Made by a program: the position numbers and the translations under genes
Part shown: in pieces, positions 17,041 through 24,756 of the stretch
Numbering within the stretch: position 1 is the stretch's first letter
Layout: every line of letters starts with the position of its first letter
IMG/VR virus record: IMGVR_UViG_3300020138_000003
Coordinates: 1 to 43,058 of that record
Reading direction: 5' to 3' (one strand)
Source: a virus
DNA length: 43,058 bases
The notes under the pieces: generated by a model
Databases searched by the model: none
What the model was told of the DNA's origin: nothing
What the model saw: the letters and a program-made list of their open reading frames with translations, nothing else

Positions 17041-18503
17041 TTCAGATGCTCCGGGGTGATTGCGGGGGCGCGATATACAAGGGTTGATGGATCAGGGAGG
17101 CGGCTGACTGCGTATTTCACCGCGTCCATCGCGTGGTCGTTGCGATCAATGGGACGATCGATACGCTCACCATTGGGATTTGTCTGCCAGAAATAAGCAA
17201 GGAATTCGTCAGCTATGAACTGGAGCTTGTCAGAGAAGTACATCCGAGGGCCGGGACGGGCAGGGTCGAGGATGTGCCCAATGGGTTGGATTGCAAGATA
17301 CCCATTGACTTTCATAATACCATTCTCAATGGCATTCTGGCCGGGCTTAACGAACAGCCCTTCATCGGAAAGCCCACGAGCAACGGTGGTTGCAGACATT
17401 CCCTTAAGCTGCGTTTTCTTAAAGATGGCTGGGTCTGCCCAGATCGGGTCTGAGAACTCGATGCCGTACTGGTACAACTGTTGTAATGCTTTGATCTCGG
17501 ATGCATCAACAGCAGTCGATGAGGACGGACGATAGAACCCATCAACGAAGATGATATTGCTTAGCTCATCAACGAAGCCAATGAGATAGCACGAGGGCAC
17601 AACGAGGCCAAGGTCGAACGACTGTATGCCGTTATAGCGCGACCTCTCTCGCCAGTTAGCGTGTAGTATCTTCTCGATTTCTTCATGCGGTAGCAGGTGC
17701 ATGTCACGAGAGAACTCAGGATAAACCAAGCCTTCGTAAGCTGCCCACTTGCCTAGCACAAAGCGATCGTACATCTGTCCTTTGTACGTCGAGCGCAGCC
17801 CCTGCAAGAAGTCTGCATCAAGGTTGTGCGCATTGGATGTCGTTGGGGCCTCGATGATGTCGATCAGAACCTGCTTTGTGTCTGGATCGTGGATCAGATC
17901 ATCAGTGATCAATCCTGTAGCTCTGTACTGATGGTACGGCTTGACGATCTTAGTATAGACCCAATTGGCCGTCGGGTTGACAGCAATGCCGAGCCAGCGC
18001 GGGCCAGTCATCGGCATGGTGGGATCATTGCCCTTGTATGGGGTCGAGCCGCGCAGACGGCCAAGGATGTCGAGGAAGTCCTTGTATTGGATTTCCGGGT
18101 CCTCAAGCTGATCAACGAACGCCCAATCATAGGTTGCGCTGAGCAGGTTGGACGTGGTGTATCCATCAGCTGTTTTCTTACCGCGCTGAGCAATGTAGCG
18201 GAAGTTAACAGTTGTACCGTTCTTAAGGATCAGAGTGTTATCAGTAGTCGTAGGCATCCGCGCAATGGCACCGGGTGGTAGCCACTTGAAGAACTCTTTC
18301 TTGATCGTATCGTTAAGCTTGACGTATGACGCACGCGCAATGAGGCCATTGGACCCTGGGTAATCAAACGCCAGACCAATAGCCTTAACGCACATAGCAG
18401 CGGTCTTGCCGTTACCAAAACCGCCGCCATACATCTGAATTTTGTTCCGGGCCAGCATGTACGTATGCTGGGGAGTTCCGGGAATGACACGGTACTTAGG
18501 CAT
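17022..18503 (-). CDS. terL: terminase large subunit, 493 aa
   Basis: Walker A-like GGGFGNGKT, Walker B-like WAFVDQLED, and a C-terminal nuclease-type NDHAMDAVKYA. Confidence 0.88.
   Translation of the reverse strand: MPKYRVIPGTPQHTYMLARNKIQMYGGGFGNGKTAAMCVKAIGLAFDYPGSNGLIARASYVKLNDTIKKEFFKWLPPGAIARMPTTTDNTLILKNGTTVNFRYIAQRGKKTADGYTTSNLLSATYDWAFVDQLEDPEIQYKDFLDILGRLRGSTPYKGNDPTMPMTGPRWLGIAVNPTANWVYTKIVKPYHQYRATGLITDDLIHDPDTKQVLIDIIEAPTTSNAHNLDADFLQGLRSTYKGQMYDRFVLGKWAAYEGLVYPEFSRDMHLLPHEEIEKILHANWRERSRYNGIQSFDLGLVVPSCYLIGFVDELSNIIFVDGFYRPSSSTAVDASEIKALQQLYQYGIEFSDPIWADPAIFKKTQLKGMSATTVARGLSDEGLFVKPGQNAIENGIMKVNGYLAIQPIGHILDPARPGPRMYFSDKLQFIADEFLAYFWQTNPNGERIDRPIDRNDHAMDAVKYAVSRLPDPSTLVYRAPAITPEHLKWHELH
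17472..17486. repeat. iterated palindrome GTACAACTGTTGTAA (1 mismatch)
   Basis: Inside terL in the stop-containing frame, read as LQQLY. TAA is changed to TAC. Confidence 0.9.
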
Positions 18504-18510
18504 TGGTCAT

Positions 18511-18729
18511 TCAGATCGTTACAACAGTTGTAGCCGGAGCCCAATCAGAAGATGTCAATCCCATCGCCTTGTAAAGGTTCAGGGCCCCATCAGCAACCAC
18601 ACCAATGATCTCGCCAGAGAACAACGGCGTGACATCATTTGCTGCTCCGCTGGAGAATTTCCGATTGACCGACGTAAGAGCGTTGTCGAGGTTGGGATTG
18701 TTGCCGGACTTGTCACGCACGATAGCCAT
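18511..18729 (-). CDS. hypothetical protein, 72 aa
   Basis: Track ORF with an AGGAG Shine-Dalgarno sequence. Its last codons are a palindrome copy. Confidence 0.55.
   Translation of the reverse strand: MAIVRDKSGNNPNLDNALTSVNRKFSSGAANDVTPLFSGEIIGVVADGALNLYKAMGLTSSDWAPATTVVTI
18519..18533. repeat. iterated palindrome TTACAACAGTTGTAG (1 mismatch)
   Basis: Last codons of the 72-aa ORF (ATTVVT), 15 nt upstream of the terL ATG. Confidence 0.9.
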
Positions 18730-18732
18730 AGT

Positions 18733-19377
18733 TTATCTCCTAGTCTTGATGTTGATCGACGTACGATTTTCCTGCTCAGATACGATCTCGATCTGGAGCG
18801 TATTGCCCTCATCGGTCGAGTGTTTACCGAACAGAACGTCCTGATGCAAACCAGAGCGATCAAGCACGTCTTGGTTCGCTTTGAGCACAACGATGGGCGG
18901 GACCTTCCAGTCGCCTTCCTGCTGAATAACCTCACCAGTCTCTTCATCAGTCTCAATCTTGGGCTTGGGCTTGTAGTTCGCAAGCTCCATAACGTTCTCG
19001 ACGGCTGCGCCTGCGTATGAAGCAAGTCGAGCCTGTAGACTGTTGCTGTTCGCGCTCAGAAGCTCACCAAAGACAAGCTCAAAAGTCTCTTGGAACGCTG
19101 GCAGGGATTTTACATGCTCAATATCCGAAATCGACGTGCCAAGATGCACAGCCATTTCATTCTCAGACATGCCCAATAGCGTATAGACCATGATTGCATT
19201 GACCACGGTCTGTGTCTGGGGCTCAGCGGGCAGTTCTTTGCCCGATCTGCGCGTCTTGGGTTGGAAATTCGCAAGGTTCGGGACCGTAAGACTGAAATCT
19301 TGCGGTCCACGATCGGTCGCAGCGACGAGTTTGCCACGATTTGAGACTAAAGGGTCACCGGGCTGGGCGTATTTCAT
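18733..19377 (-). CDS. terminase small subunit candidate (HTH-containing), 214 aa
   Basis: Lies upstream of terL. HTH-like segment LGMSENEMAVHLGTSISDIEHV. Confidence 0.45.
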   Translation of the reverse strand: MKYAQPGDPLVSNRGKLVAATDRGPQDFSLTVPNLANFQPKTRRSGKELPAEPQTQTVVNAIMVYTLLGMSENEMAVHLGTSISDIEHVKSLPAFQETFELVFGELLSANSNSLQARLASYAGAAVENVMELANYKPKPKIETDEETGEVIQQEGDWKVPPIVVLKANQDVLDRSGLHQDVLFGKHSTDEGNTLQIEIVSEQENRTSINIKTRR

Positions 19378-19379
19378 CG

Positions 19380-19394
19380 TTACAACTCTTGTAA
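19380..19394. repeat. iterated palindrome TTACAACTCTTGTAA (0 mismatches)
   Basis: Intergenic, 2 nt upstream of the start at 19377. Confidence 0.95.
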
Positions 19395-19401
19395 TGGGGG
19401 A

Positions 19402-19425
19402 GGAAGGGACAAAATTGCCCCTTCC
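19402..19425 (-). terminator. hairpin GGAAGGG / CCCTTCC after the first late gene
   Basis: Read directly. No T tract. Confidence 0.3.
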
Positions 19426-19435
19426 CTAGGTAAAA

Positions 19436-19801
19436 TCAGTGTCCGAAGTACGCAACAGTGCCAAGATCACCCTTGTTGCGAGGGTAATTGGCCGGCTGCG
19501 ACACGAAACTGAGGATATTGGTGTCAAGATCGGCGACATCATCGGAAGTCGTAGCCCGATCGATGTTCGCGGCAGTCTCAATGACACGCTTGCCACCGAG
19601 TTCGGCGGTATTGTGCTGCACGCGAGCATAGTTATCGCTAGCAGTAGCACCCGGTGCGACGCCAAGAAGCGTTTTCAACAGTTCCCGATCGGACCGGGAC
19701 ATGAAATTGTCGAGTTTCTGCGCGATCCGACGCCGATTTGTCGGATGATCATTGGTCAGGACGAGGTTGTCGCCCCAAAACTCAGAATGGATGTGATACA
19801 T
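19436..19801 (-). CDS. hypothetical protein, 121 aa, first gene of the late arm
   Basis: The internal ATG at 19801 (MYHIHSEFW) is preferred. The track start at 19834 would read through a palindrome copy. Confidence 0.55.
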   Translation of the reverse strand: MYHIHSEFWGDNLVLTNDHPTNRRRIAQKLDNFMSRSDRELLKTLLGVAPGATASDNYARVQHNTAELGGKRVIETAANIDRATTSDDVADLDTNILSFVSQPANYPRNKGDLGTVAYFGH

Positions 19802-19814
19802 GGGAACACCTGCG

Positions 19815-19829
19815 TTACAACTGTTGTAA
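19815..19829. repeat. iterated palindrome TTACAACTGTTGTAA (0 mismatches)
   Basis: Lies 13 nt upstream of the start at 19801. Confidence 0.95.
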
Positions 19830-19884
19830 TGCAAACAGGTGGGATGAACAAATCCATAATGTCAACAAACAAAAACAAAGAATA

Positions 19885-19910
19885 AATCTTAATCTTAATC
19901 TTAATCTTAA
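19885..19910. repeat. tandem hexamer (AATCTT)x4 plus AA
   Basis: Read directly. An inverted partial copy (TAGATTAAGAT) lies near 19945-56. Confidence 0.85.
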
Positions 19911-19982
19911 ATAAAACAAATAATAAATCTTATCTTTCTTGTTTTAGATTAAGATACATCTCCCCTTTTGGGTTGATTTAAG

Positions 19983-20012
19983 AAAATACCAGCTTTCTTC
20001 ATGCTTTGTCAA
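19983..20012 (-). promoter_or_regulatory. candidate late-arm promoter TTGACA-18 nt-TATTTT (minus strand)
   Basis: The reverse complement of 19983..20012 reads TTGACAaagcatgaagaaagctggTATTTT. Confidence 0.3.
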
Positions 20013-20179
20013 TAGGCACGATTTGCACAACAGCGCGTCAAGCACAAATCACTACCAATCCCACAACTATACGCGGCGTAGCCGCACAGGGTTCACCCCG
20101 CCAAATTCCCTACAACTACTCATCCCCTCCCTCACGCGAGGCAAAAAATTTCTGACCCAAGGGAAGTTAGCAGATTGCC

Positions 20180-20194
20180 TTACAACAGTTATAA
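20180..20194. repeat. iterated palindrome TTACAACAGTTATAA (1 mismatch)
   Basis: In the non-coding control region. Confidence 0.9.
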
Positions 20195-20223
20195 CCGGGG
20201 GCGGGGCTGATGATTACAGTGCG

Positions 20224-20238
20224 TTACAAGAGTTGTAA
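20224..20238. repeat. iterated palindrome TTACAAGAGTTGTAA (0 mismatches)
   Basis: In the control region, 44 nt from the previous copy. Confidence 0.95.
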
Positions 20239-20288
20239 GGGTGAAGAGATTGGGCAGCGAGCACTGTGCGGCTTGGGCCGCTCTTGGC

Positions 20289-20316
20289 TTGGAGCAGATC
20301 ATGGCGCTGTTATAGT
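20289..20316 (+). promoter_or_regulatory. candidate promoter TTGGAG-16 nt-TATAGT with TG extension
   Basis: TGtTATAGT at 20308-16, at the left edge of the AT-rich block. Confidence 0.3.
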
Positions 20317-20349
20317 ATTATATATAGTATAGTATAATATATACATATG
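20310..20349. other. 40-bp AT-rich block (TATAGTAT-type repeats), candidate DNA-unwinding element or promoter cluster
   Basis: The sequence is ttatagtattatatatagtatagtataatatatacatatga, about 85 percent A+T in a genome of roughly 50 percent GC. Confidence 0.5.
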
Positions 20350-20371
20350 ATCATCGAGCATCGATCGAGCG

Positions 20372-20386
20372 TTACAGGAGTTGTAA
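20372..20386. repeat. iterated palindrome TTACAGGAGTTGTAA (1 mismatch)
   Basis: In the control region, just right of the AT-rich block. Confidence 0.9.
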
Positions 20387-20488
20387 TCGAACGTAGAGCA
20401 TCCGGTGCGATTTGGATTGCAGGAGCTATGAGGAAGCGCATAGGGGTAGGCCAACCTCGCTTCCGCTCGCCCGCGTGTCAAGGCTTCG

Positions 20489-20497
20489 TGGTAGAAT
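20489..20497 (+). promoter_or_regulatory. candidate extended -10 element TGgTAGAAT
   Basis: Read directly. No good -35 element. Confidence 0.2.
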
Positions 20498-20609
20498 AGC
20501 GTTTTGATTTACCGGGGGGACGTAGAAAATTATTCCCTGTGACATATATGCAACAGTGTCAGCCCAGCGCGTGGAACAATGTTTTAGAATTTAATTCTAT
20601 CGCGCAGTG

Positions 20610-20840
20610 TACTGCTGTTCTAGTCCAGCGCTCTAGTACGCTGCTCTAGTCCTGCGCCTATCCCTCGCGCTGGCTATAGAACACTGATCCACGGTATAGC
20701 TAGAACGATAGTTCACATGCGCGTAAGGATGTAGAACGCCGCCCTAATCTCCACCCTCTCTCATCTAATCCTGACCAAAACCCCATTCCATTACAACACT
20801 TGTACCAACATTCTAGTTCCGAACTATATTCTAGAACCAA
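20610..20840. repeat. cluster of short TCTAG / TAGAAC / GTTCTA repeats (iteron- or operator-like)
   Basis: Copies: GTTCTAG 20617, CTCTAG 20631 and 20644, ATAGAAC 20676, CTAGAAC 20700, GTAGAAC 20731, TTCTAGTTCcGAACTA 20811-27 and TTCTAGAAC 20829. Another GTTCTAGAAT lies at 21351. Confidence 0.6.
20791..20805. repeat. iterated palindrome TTACAACACTTGTAC (1 mismatch)
   Basis: In the control region, next to the TAGAAC-type repeats. Confidence 0.85.
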
Positions 20841-21435
20841 ATCGTAGTAATCTTTTATCACAATTCAGTAATCTATAGATAGATATTCCCTATTTCCCTG
20901 TATTCTTAGCATAAAAAACTACCGCGTGCCTGGGCTACATGCTATTCATGACTTCGGGCCGGGTTATCAGGCCCAGTCGCAGGGGTTTAGCCACTTCTGG
21001 GACGGCTCTTTGACATCCTAAATCGTATCCGGCTCTAGGTCGGACGTTGTGCTATGGTCATGCGATAAACAACCATAGGCGGCGAAGCTGTCAGCAATCG
21101 CGAGCATAAGTAACCTTGCTCATGACTGCCTAAGCCTCGCGAGCACAAGCAAAGGCTCTAGCCTCTGTGCTCTTTCGTGTTGGGTCTAAGGACTATCGGT
21201 TGCACGCGAGTTGCATTTGCCAGCCATGACAAAAGCGGGCTTTGCATCGGATTGTATCGGTTAGCTTGCCTACCTAACCGCCTCAACTCTAGGTTTGCGC
21301 TAGACCGATCACGAAAAAAGAGAGCCTAGGATCATTCCTGATAAAACCCCGTTCTAGAATGCAGCAAGGCGACACGGTTAGGACCCGTGTCGCTCATGGT
21401 GCATTCCGCACCTAATCAGGAAAGGACAATCTACC

Positions 21436-21657
21436 ATGTTCACCATCATTCTCACGCTCATGACTGCCCCGGTTGCTGGCGTTGCTGGTCAGGCTGTCAC
21501 GCTTGAACCGGAACTGACCATCGCCTTCACCAACACCACGGAAAAGAAAGCCACGGCCGATTGCGCCAAGGTTAACAAGGCTTTCCAGTCGGTCAATCGC
21601 ATTGCGTTCTGTTCGCCTGCCTCGCTGGCAACGCCCGCGAGCGTCACGCTCGACTAA
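21436..21657 (+). CDS. hypothetical small protein with a hydrophobic N-terminus, 73 aa
   Basis: GGAAAGGAC ends 8 nt upstream of the ATG. It is the first gene of the plus arm. Confidence 0.6.
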   Translation: MFTIILTLMTAPVAGVAGQAVTLEPELTIAFTNTTEKKATADCAKVNKAFQSVNRIAFCSPASLATPASVTLD

Positions 21658-21675
21658 CTGCCTGCAACTCAAGAG

Positions 21676-21709
21676 CGGCTTGGCGTTACAACTCTTGTAA
21701 CCCAAGCCG
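21676..21709 (+). terminator. long hairpin CGGCTTGG-c-GTTACAA ctc TTGTAAC-CCAAGCCG after the first early gene
   Basis: 15 paired positions with one bulge, read directly. The tail is not clearly T-rich. Confidence 0.45.
21686..21700. repeat. iterated palindrome TTACAACTCTTGTAA (0 mismatches)
   Basis: Apex of the longer hairpin 21676..21709, after the first early gene. Confidence 0.95.
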
Positions 21710-21761
21710 TTCCTAGGTGCTGGCAATCTCGCCTGCCCAATGTTCTTGGAAAGGACATCTA

Positions 21762-22217
21762 ATGACCATTGAACTCGTGAATGACCCGAAGCGTTTGCAC
21801 CGCATGACTGTCAGCCTTGGCAAGTCTGGTGCCAAGTTCGACACCGCCATGCACGTCATCGCCTTCAACGCTCTTTGCTTGGCGGAAAACGTTGGCGACA
21901 TCCGTCCGATGCAAGCTTTGCATGACGTGCTAACCCCGAACAATCGCGCGGCTCTCGCAGTTTGGGCGTTGGCGTTCGGCAAGTTCAGCTATGACAAGGC
22001 CGAAGCGAAGTTCAAATTCCGCAAGTCGGCCACCACTCAGCGCATTGAAGCCGAAGGCATTTCGCCCCTGAGCTATGTTAAAGCTAAGGCGAACAAGGCC
22101 GCGCCTGAGTTTGATTTGCTCGAAAGCCTTGAACGGCTCATTGCCAAGGGGCGCAAGGCGGAATGCAAGGGCAAGGTTTGGAATGCCATTCTGGCGGCTC
22201 GGCAACTCGCGCTCTAA
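21762..22217 (+). CDS. hypothetical protein, 151 aa
   Basis: ATG at 21762 is preceded by GGAAAGGAC. The track ORF starts earlier at a non-ATG codon. Confidence 0.6.
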   Translation: MTIELVNDPKRLHRMTVSLGKSGAKFDTAMHVIAFNALCLAENVGDIRPMQALHDVLTPNNRAALAVWALAFGKFSYDKAEAKFKFRKSATTQRIEAEGISPLSYVKAKANKAAPEFDLLESLERLIAKGRKAECKGKVWNAILAARQLAL

Positions 22218-22242
22218 TCCTATCCTATGGATTGCAAATCAC

Positions 22243-22270
22243 TGCCCTAGGCTAATCCAAGCCTAGGGCA
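22243..22270 (+). terminator. hairpin TGCCCTAGGC / GCCTAGGGCA (10 bp) followed by TTCTT
   Basis: Read directly. Lies between 22217 and 22312. Confidence 0.5.
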
Positions 22271-22311
22271 TTCTTGAGCAATCATGCTCTAGTCGGAAAG
22301 GACAAACCAAA

Positions 22312-22590
22312 ATGCACTATGATGTCAGCTATGCTAAGGATAACTCGCCGCGCCGCGCCGTGTTCGATTTGGTGCATTGGATTGGCTTTCGGCGCGCCCG
22401 CATCATGCTCAAGATTGCCAAGTATGGAATGCGCTCCGCGAATGGCGAGATAAAGACGGACATAAAAACACGCTGGGATGCGTTCAATTTCTATTGCTCG
22501 ATGCTTGGCGTGTCTGGCCACCCCGTTCGTGAGGCGTTCAAACGCTGGGCCAGCATCACTCAGGCTCAGCTTGAGGCTATCCCTGACTAA
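22312..22590 (+). CDS. hypothetical protein, 92 aa
   Basis: GGAAAGGAC Shine-Dalgarno sequence. Flanked by hairpins. Confidence 0.6.
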   Translation: MHYDVSYAKDNSPRRAVFDLVHWIGFRRARIMLKIAKYGMRSANGEIKTDIKTRWDAFNFYCSMLGVSGHPVREAFKRWASITQAQLEAIPD

Positions 22591-22604
22591 TCGTTGGCTT
22601 CACC

Positions 22605-22631
22605 AGTAGGGCAGATTTTCCGTGCCCTACT
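22605..22631 (+). terminator. hairpin AGTAGGGCA / TGCCCTACT (9 bp)
   Basis: Read directly. There is no T tract, so it may be a processing or stability element. Confidence 0.35.
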
Positions 22632-22671
22632 CATCGAGCCAATTCCGGCTTGACTACGAAAGGGCAAATCA

Positions 22672-22908
22672 ATGGCTAAGGAGAATGACGACGTGACTGA
22701 CGCTCTGTATCTTGCGCATGATTATACGAGCGGCCTTGTTAGGCGTGCCGAAGATGCCGTTGAAGCCAAACGCTTCGATCAGAACGTCTCACTGTTCGAG
22801 TTCGGAAAGGCTTATCGTGCCTTTGAACAGGCCATGCGCGCGCGTGCGATGGTTATCTCGCTTGAGAGCACCATTAACCGTGCCAATGCGCTCATTGAGC
22901 GCATGTAA
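22672..22908 (+). CDS. hypothetical helical protein, 78 aa
   Basis: GAAAGGG Shine-Dalgarno sequence. Confidence 0.55.
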   Translation: MAKENDDVTDALYLAHDYTSGLVRRAEDAVEAKRFDQNVSLFEFGKAYRAFEQAMRARAMVISLESTINRANALIERM

Positions 22909-23031
22909 CAATCTTATCGCTCGCCAAATATAGCCGTTACGTGCTATATTACATTCTCCGATCGGGCGTGAGGCTCCCCTGTCTCATGCCCATTCTCATG
23001 CCCGATCGATCGTGCCCATAGGAAAATTTCG

Positions 23032-23046
23032 TTACAACTCTTGTAA
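23032..23046. repeat. iterated palindrome TTACAACTCTTGTAA (0 mismatches)
   Basis: Intergenic, with 9-bp arms (TCGTTACAA/TTGTAACGA). Confidence 0.95.
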
Positions 23047-23091
23047 CGACTATCTTCTTCACCCCCCTATCAGCCATAGAAAGGCTTTCTC

Positions 23092-23247
23092 ATGTTCATC
23101 GTTCACCACCCCTCCAATTTCGGCCTTTTGGATATCCAGCGCTGGGCCAACAGACACAATTTCCTGCTCATCCGCGTGCGTCATGTCAACGCCTCGCCCG
23201 ATGACGAGAACCCGCATTACGTCAGCTATCAGGTCGTGCGCGACTAA
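23092..23247 (+). CDS. hypothetical small protein, 51 aa (below the track cutoff)
   Basis: My translation gives MFIVHHPSNFGLLDIQRW...VVRD. AGAAAGG lies 7 nt upstream. Confidence 0.4.
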   Translation: MFIVHHPSNFGLLDIQRWANRHNFLLIRVRHVNASPDDENPHYVSYQVVRD

Positions 23248-23332
23248 CAGTTGGCGATACATAGCAGTAGGAACAATTCCCGCTGCCAACACGGTGCGGC
23301 TGATGCCGCGTAACTCAAGAAAGGACTGCCCA

Positions 23333-23611
23333 ATGCCCGAAGAGATCGATGACAATGATGCCCTCAACGATGACACCGAAATCGGTGCCATCGATGGCGA
23401 GAACAAGGCCGATAAGTTCCAGCGTCTGGCCATCGCGCGTGTCAATCGTGCGATCCATTCGATCAGGCTCATTGGCAATCTCGCCTCGCGCAGCAACTAT
23501 GACTACACCGACGAGCAGGTCACGAAGATCACCGATGCCCTGATCAACGAAGTCGCGCAGGTCAAGCTCAAGTTCCAGCCCAAGACCGGCGTACCTCTGT
23601 TCACCCTCTGA
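23333..23611 (+). CDS. hypothetical protein with an acidic N-terminus, 92 aa
   Basis: ATG at 23333 is preceded by AGAAAGGAC. The track ORF 23012..23611 starts at a non-ATG codon inside a palindrome. Confidence 0.55.
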   Translation: MPEEIDDNDALNDDTEIGAIDGENKADKFQRLAIARVNRAIHSIRLIGNLASRSNYDYTDEQVTKITDALINEVAQVKLKFQPKTGVPLFTL

Positions 23612-23626
23612 CTACAACAGTTGTAA
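23612..23626. repeat. iterated palindrome CTACAACAGTTGTAA (1 mismatch)
   Basis: Starts 1 nt after the stop at 23611. Immediately upstream of the RBS of 23644. Confidence 0.9.
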
Positions 23627-23643
23627 CAGGAAAGGACGTTACA

Positions 23644-24042
23644 ATGAATACCAATGATAATGAAGTCGCGCTTGCGGATCGGCCCAAGCATTACATGGGC
23701 AAGCTCGCGAACCTGTGCAACACGTCGCTGGAAGCCAGCATCGTTGAGGATACGCTCAAGGCGTTCTCTGCTGGCCCGCCGGATCAGTTCATCCATCTTA
23801 TGCGCACGCTTTCCATCGTGCTCACAGCTTCCATCACTGCGCTTACCAATGAGCACCTTGATGCCCCAGAGGCTGAACGTGTTGAACAGATCAAGCGTGA
23901 CTTTGCTTCCGTTCATAAGCGGCGCGTTGTTCTGCTCGATGCGGTGTCTGATCTTACGAGCTTCGGACATGAAATCATCGGGGCGTTCGAGCGCATCGAT
24001 CGTTACAATGCCGGTGCTGATCCGTTCGCTCGCGACGACTGA
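23644..24042 (+). CDS. hypothetical protein, 132 aa
   Basis: GGAAAGGAC Shine-Dalgarno sequence. Confidence 0.6.
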   Translation: MNTNDNEVALADRPKHYMGKLANLCNTSLEASIVEDTLKAFSAGPPDQFIHLMRTLSIVLTASITALTNEHLDAPEAERVEQIKRDFASVHKRRVVLLDAVSDLTSFGHEIIGAFERIDRYNAGADPFARDD

Positions 24043-24044
24043 TC

Positions 24045-24545
24045 ATGGCTCGCAAGATCAAGAAGCCAAAGCCAGATCAGGCATACATTGCGACTACGCA
24101 AAGTCTGGCAACAATTCAGCGTGCGACGGAGGAAATCTACTCCGCCGCTGCTAATATCATAGAGCTTGTGCGTGCGCATGAGTTGTCAGTTGACAAGCGC
24201 ATCGCAGAGAACCAGCTCGCAGTAAACGAGTACATTACCAATCCTGACAATCGCCCTGTTCTTGTTGTCAGGAAGTTCAAGGCCGAAACGATCGTCGCGC
24301 TCAACGACCAAGTGTATTCGTATGGTCCACGTAAGGACATCAACAGCCTTGATGACGATGAGCCTGCATTCTTCTGGAGATATGGTTCGGACACGGAGCA
24401 ATTCCCTGCCCGAACCTACTCCGATGCGCTGCTCGCAATCCTTCAACACTACTGCCGAAAGGAAGAACCCGATGACGCAGACACAGATGCAACTGCAACT
24501 GGAGCCACAGCCGACCCCGATCCATTGGCCGGGAGCGATCCGTGA
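24045..24545 (+). CDS. hypothetical protein, 166 aa
   Basis: Track ORF with a 2-nt gap to the upstream gene. Confidence 0.55.
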   Translation: MARKIKKPKPDQAYIATTQSLATIQRATEEIYSAAANIIELVRAHELSVDKRIAENQLAVNEYITNPDNRPVLVVRKFKAETIVALNDQVYSYGPRKDINSLDDDEPAFFWRYGSDTEQFPARTYSDALLAILQHYCRKEEPDDADTDATATGATADPDPLAGSDP

Positions 24546-24744
24546 CGGGCAGCATACGGCTGTTCGCATCAAGCGTTCGGCGCGGCAGATCGAGGCTGAT
24601 AGGAAGCATAACCATATCGTCCATCGGCCGTCTGTCTATGTTCCCGGTGATGTCAGCCTGATCGATGCTGGTTTCGACCAGTTCTACGAAAGCTACTTCA
24701 CAATCAGCCGTGAGCTTTACCTCCAGTTTGGCACGGTTGACTAG
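24472..24744 (+). CDS. hypothetical protein, 90 aa (overlaps the previous gene by 74 nt)
   Basis: AAGGAAG lies upstream of the ATG at 24472. The large overlap lowers confidence. Confidence 0.4.
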   Translation: MTQTQMQLQLEPQPTPIHWPGAIRDGQHTAVRIKRSARQIEADRKHNHIVHRPSVYVPGDVSLIDAGFDQFYESYFTISRELYLQFGTVD

Positions 24745-24756
24745 GCCGACCCTCGA

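Noticed and set aside
19885-19910. Short tandem repeat as a CRISPR-like array
   Set aside because: The units are 6 nt with no spacers, so this is not a repeat-spacer architecture. No cas genes are present apart from a stand-alone Cas4-like nuclease typical of phage recombination modules.
20023-20481. Track ORFs 20023..20238 (+) and 20299..20481 (-) in the control region
   Set aside because: Both are delimited or shaped by palindrome copies (LQEL-stop, YNSCN). They use non-ATG starts without an RBS and cross the AT-rich block. They are more likely non-coding.
20940-21410. tRNA or other known RNA gene in the ORF-free stretch
   Set aside because: I found no GTTCRANNC T-loop or cloverleaf arrangement, only separate short hairpins. 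A covariance-model scan would be needed to call any ncRNA.
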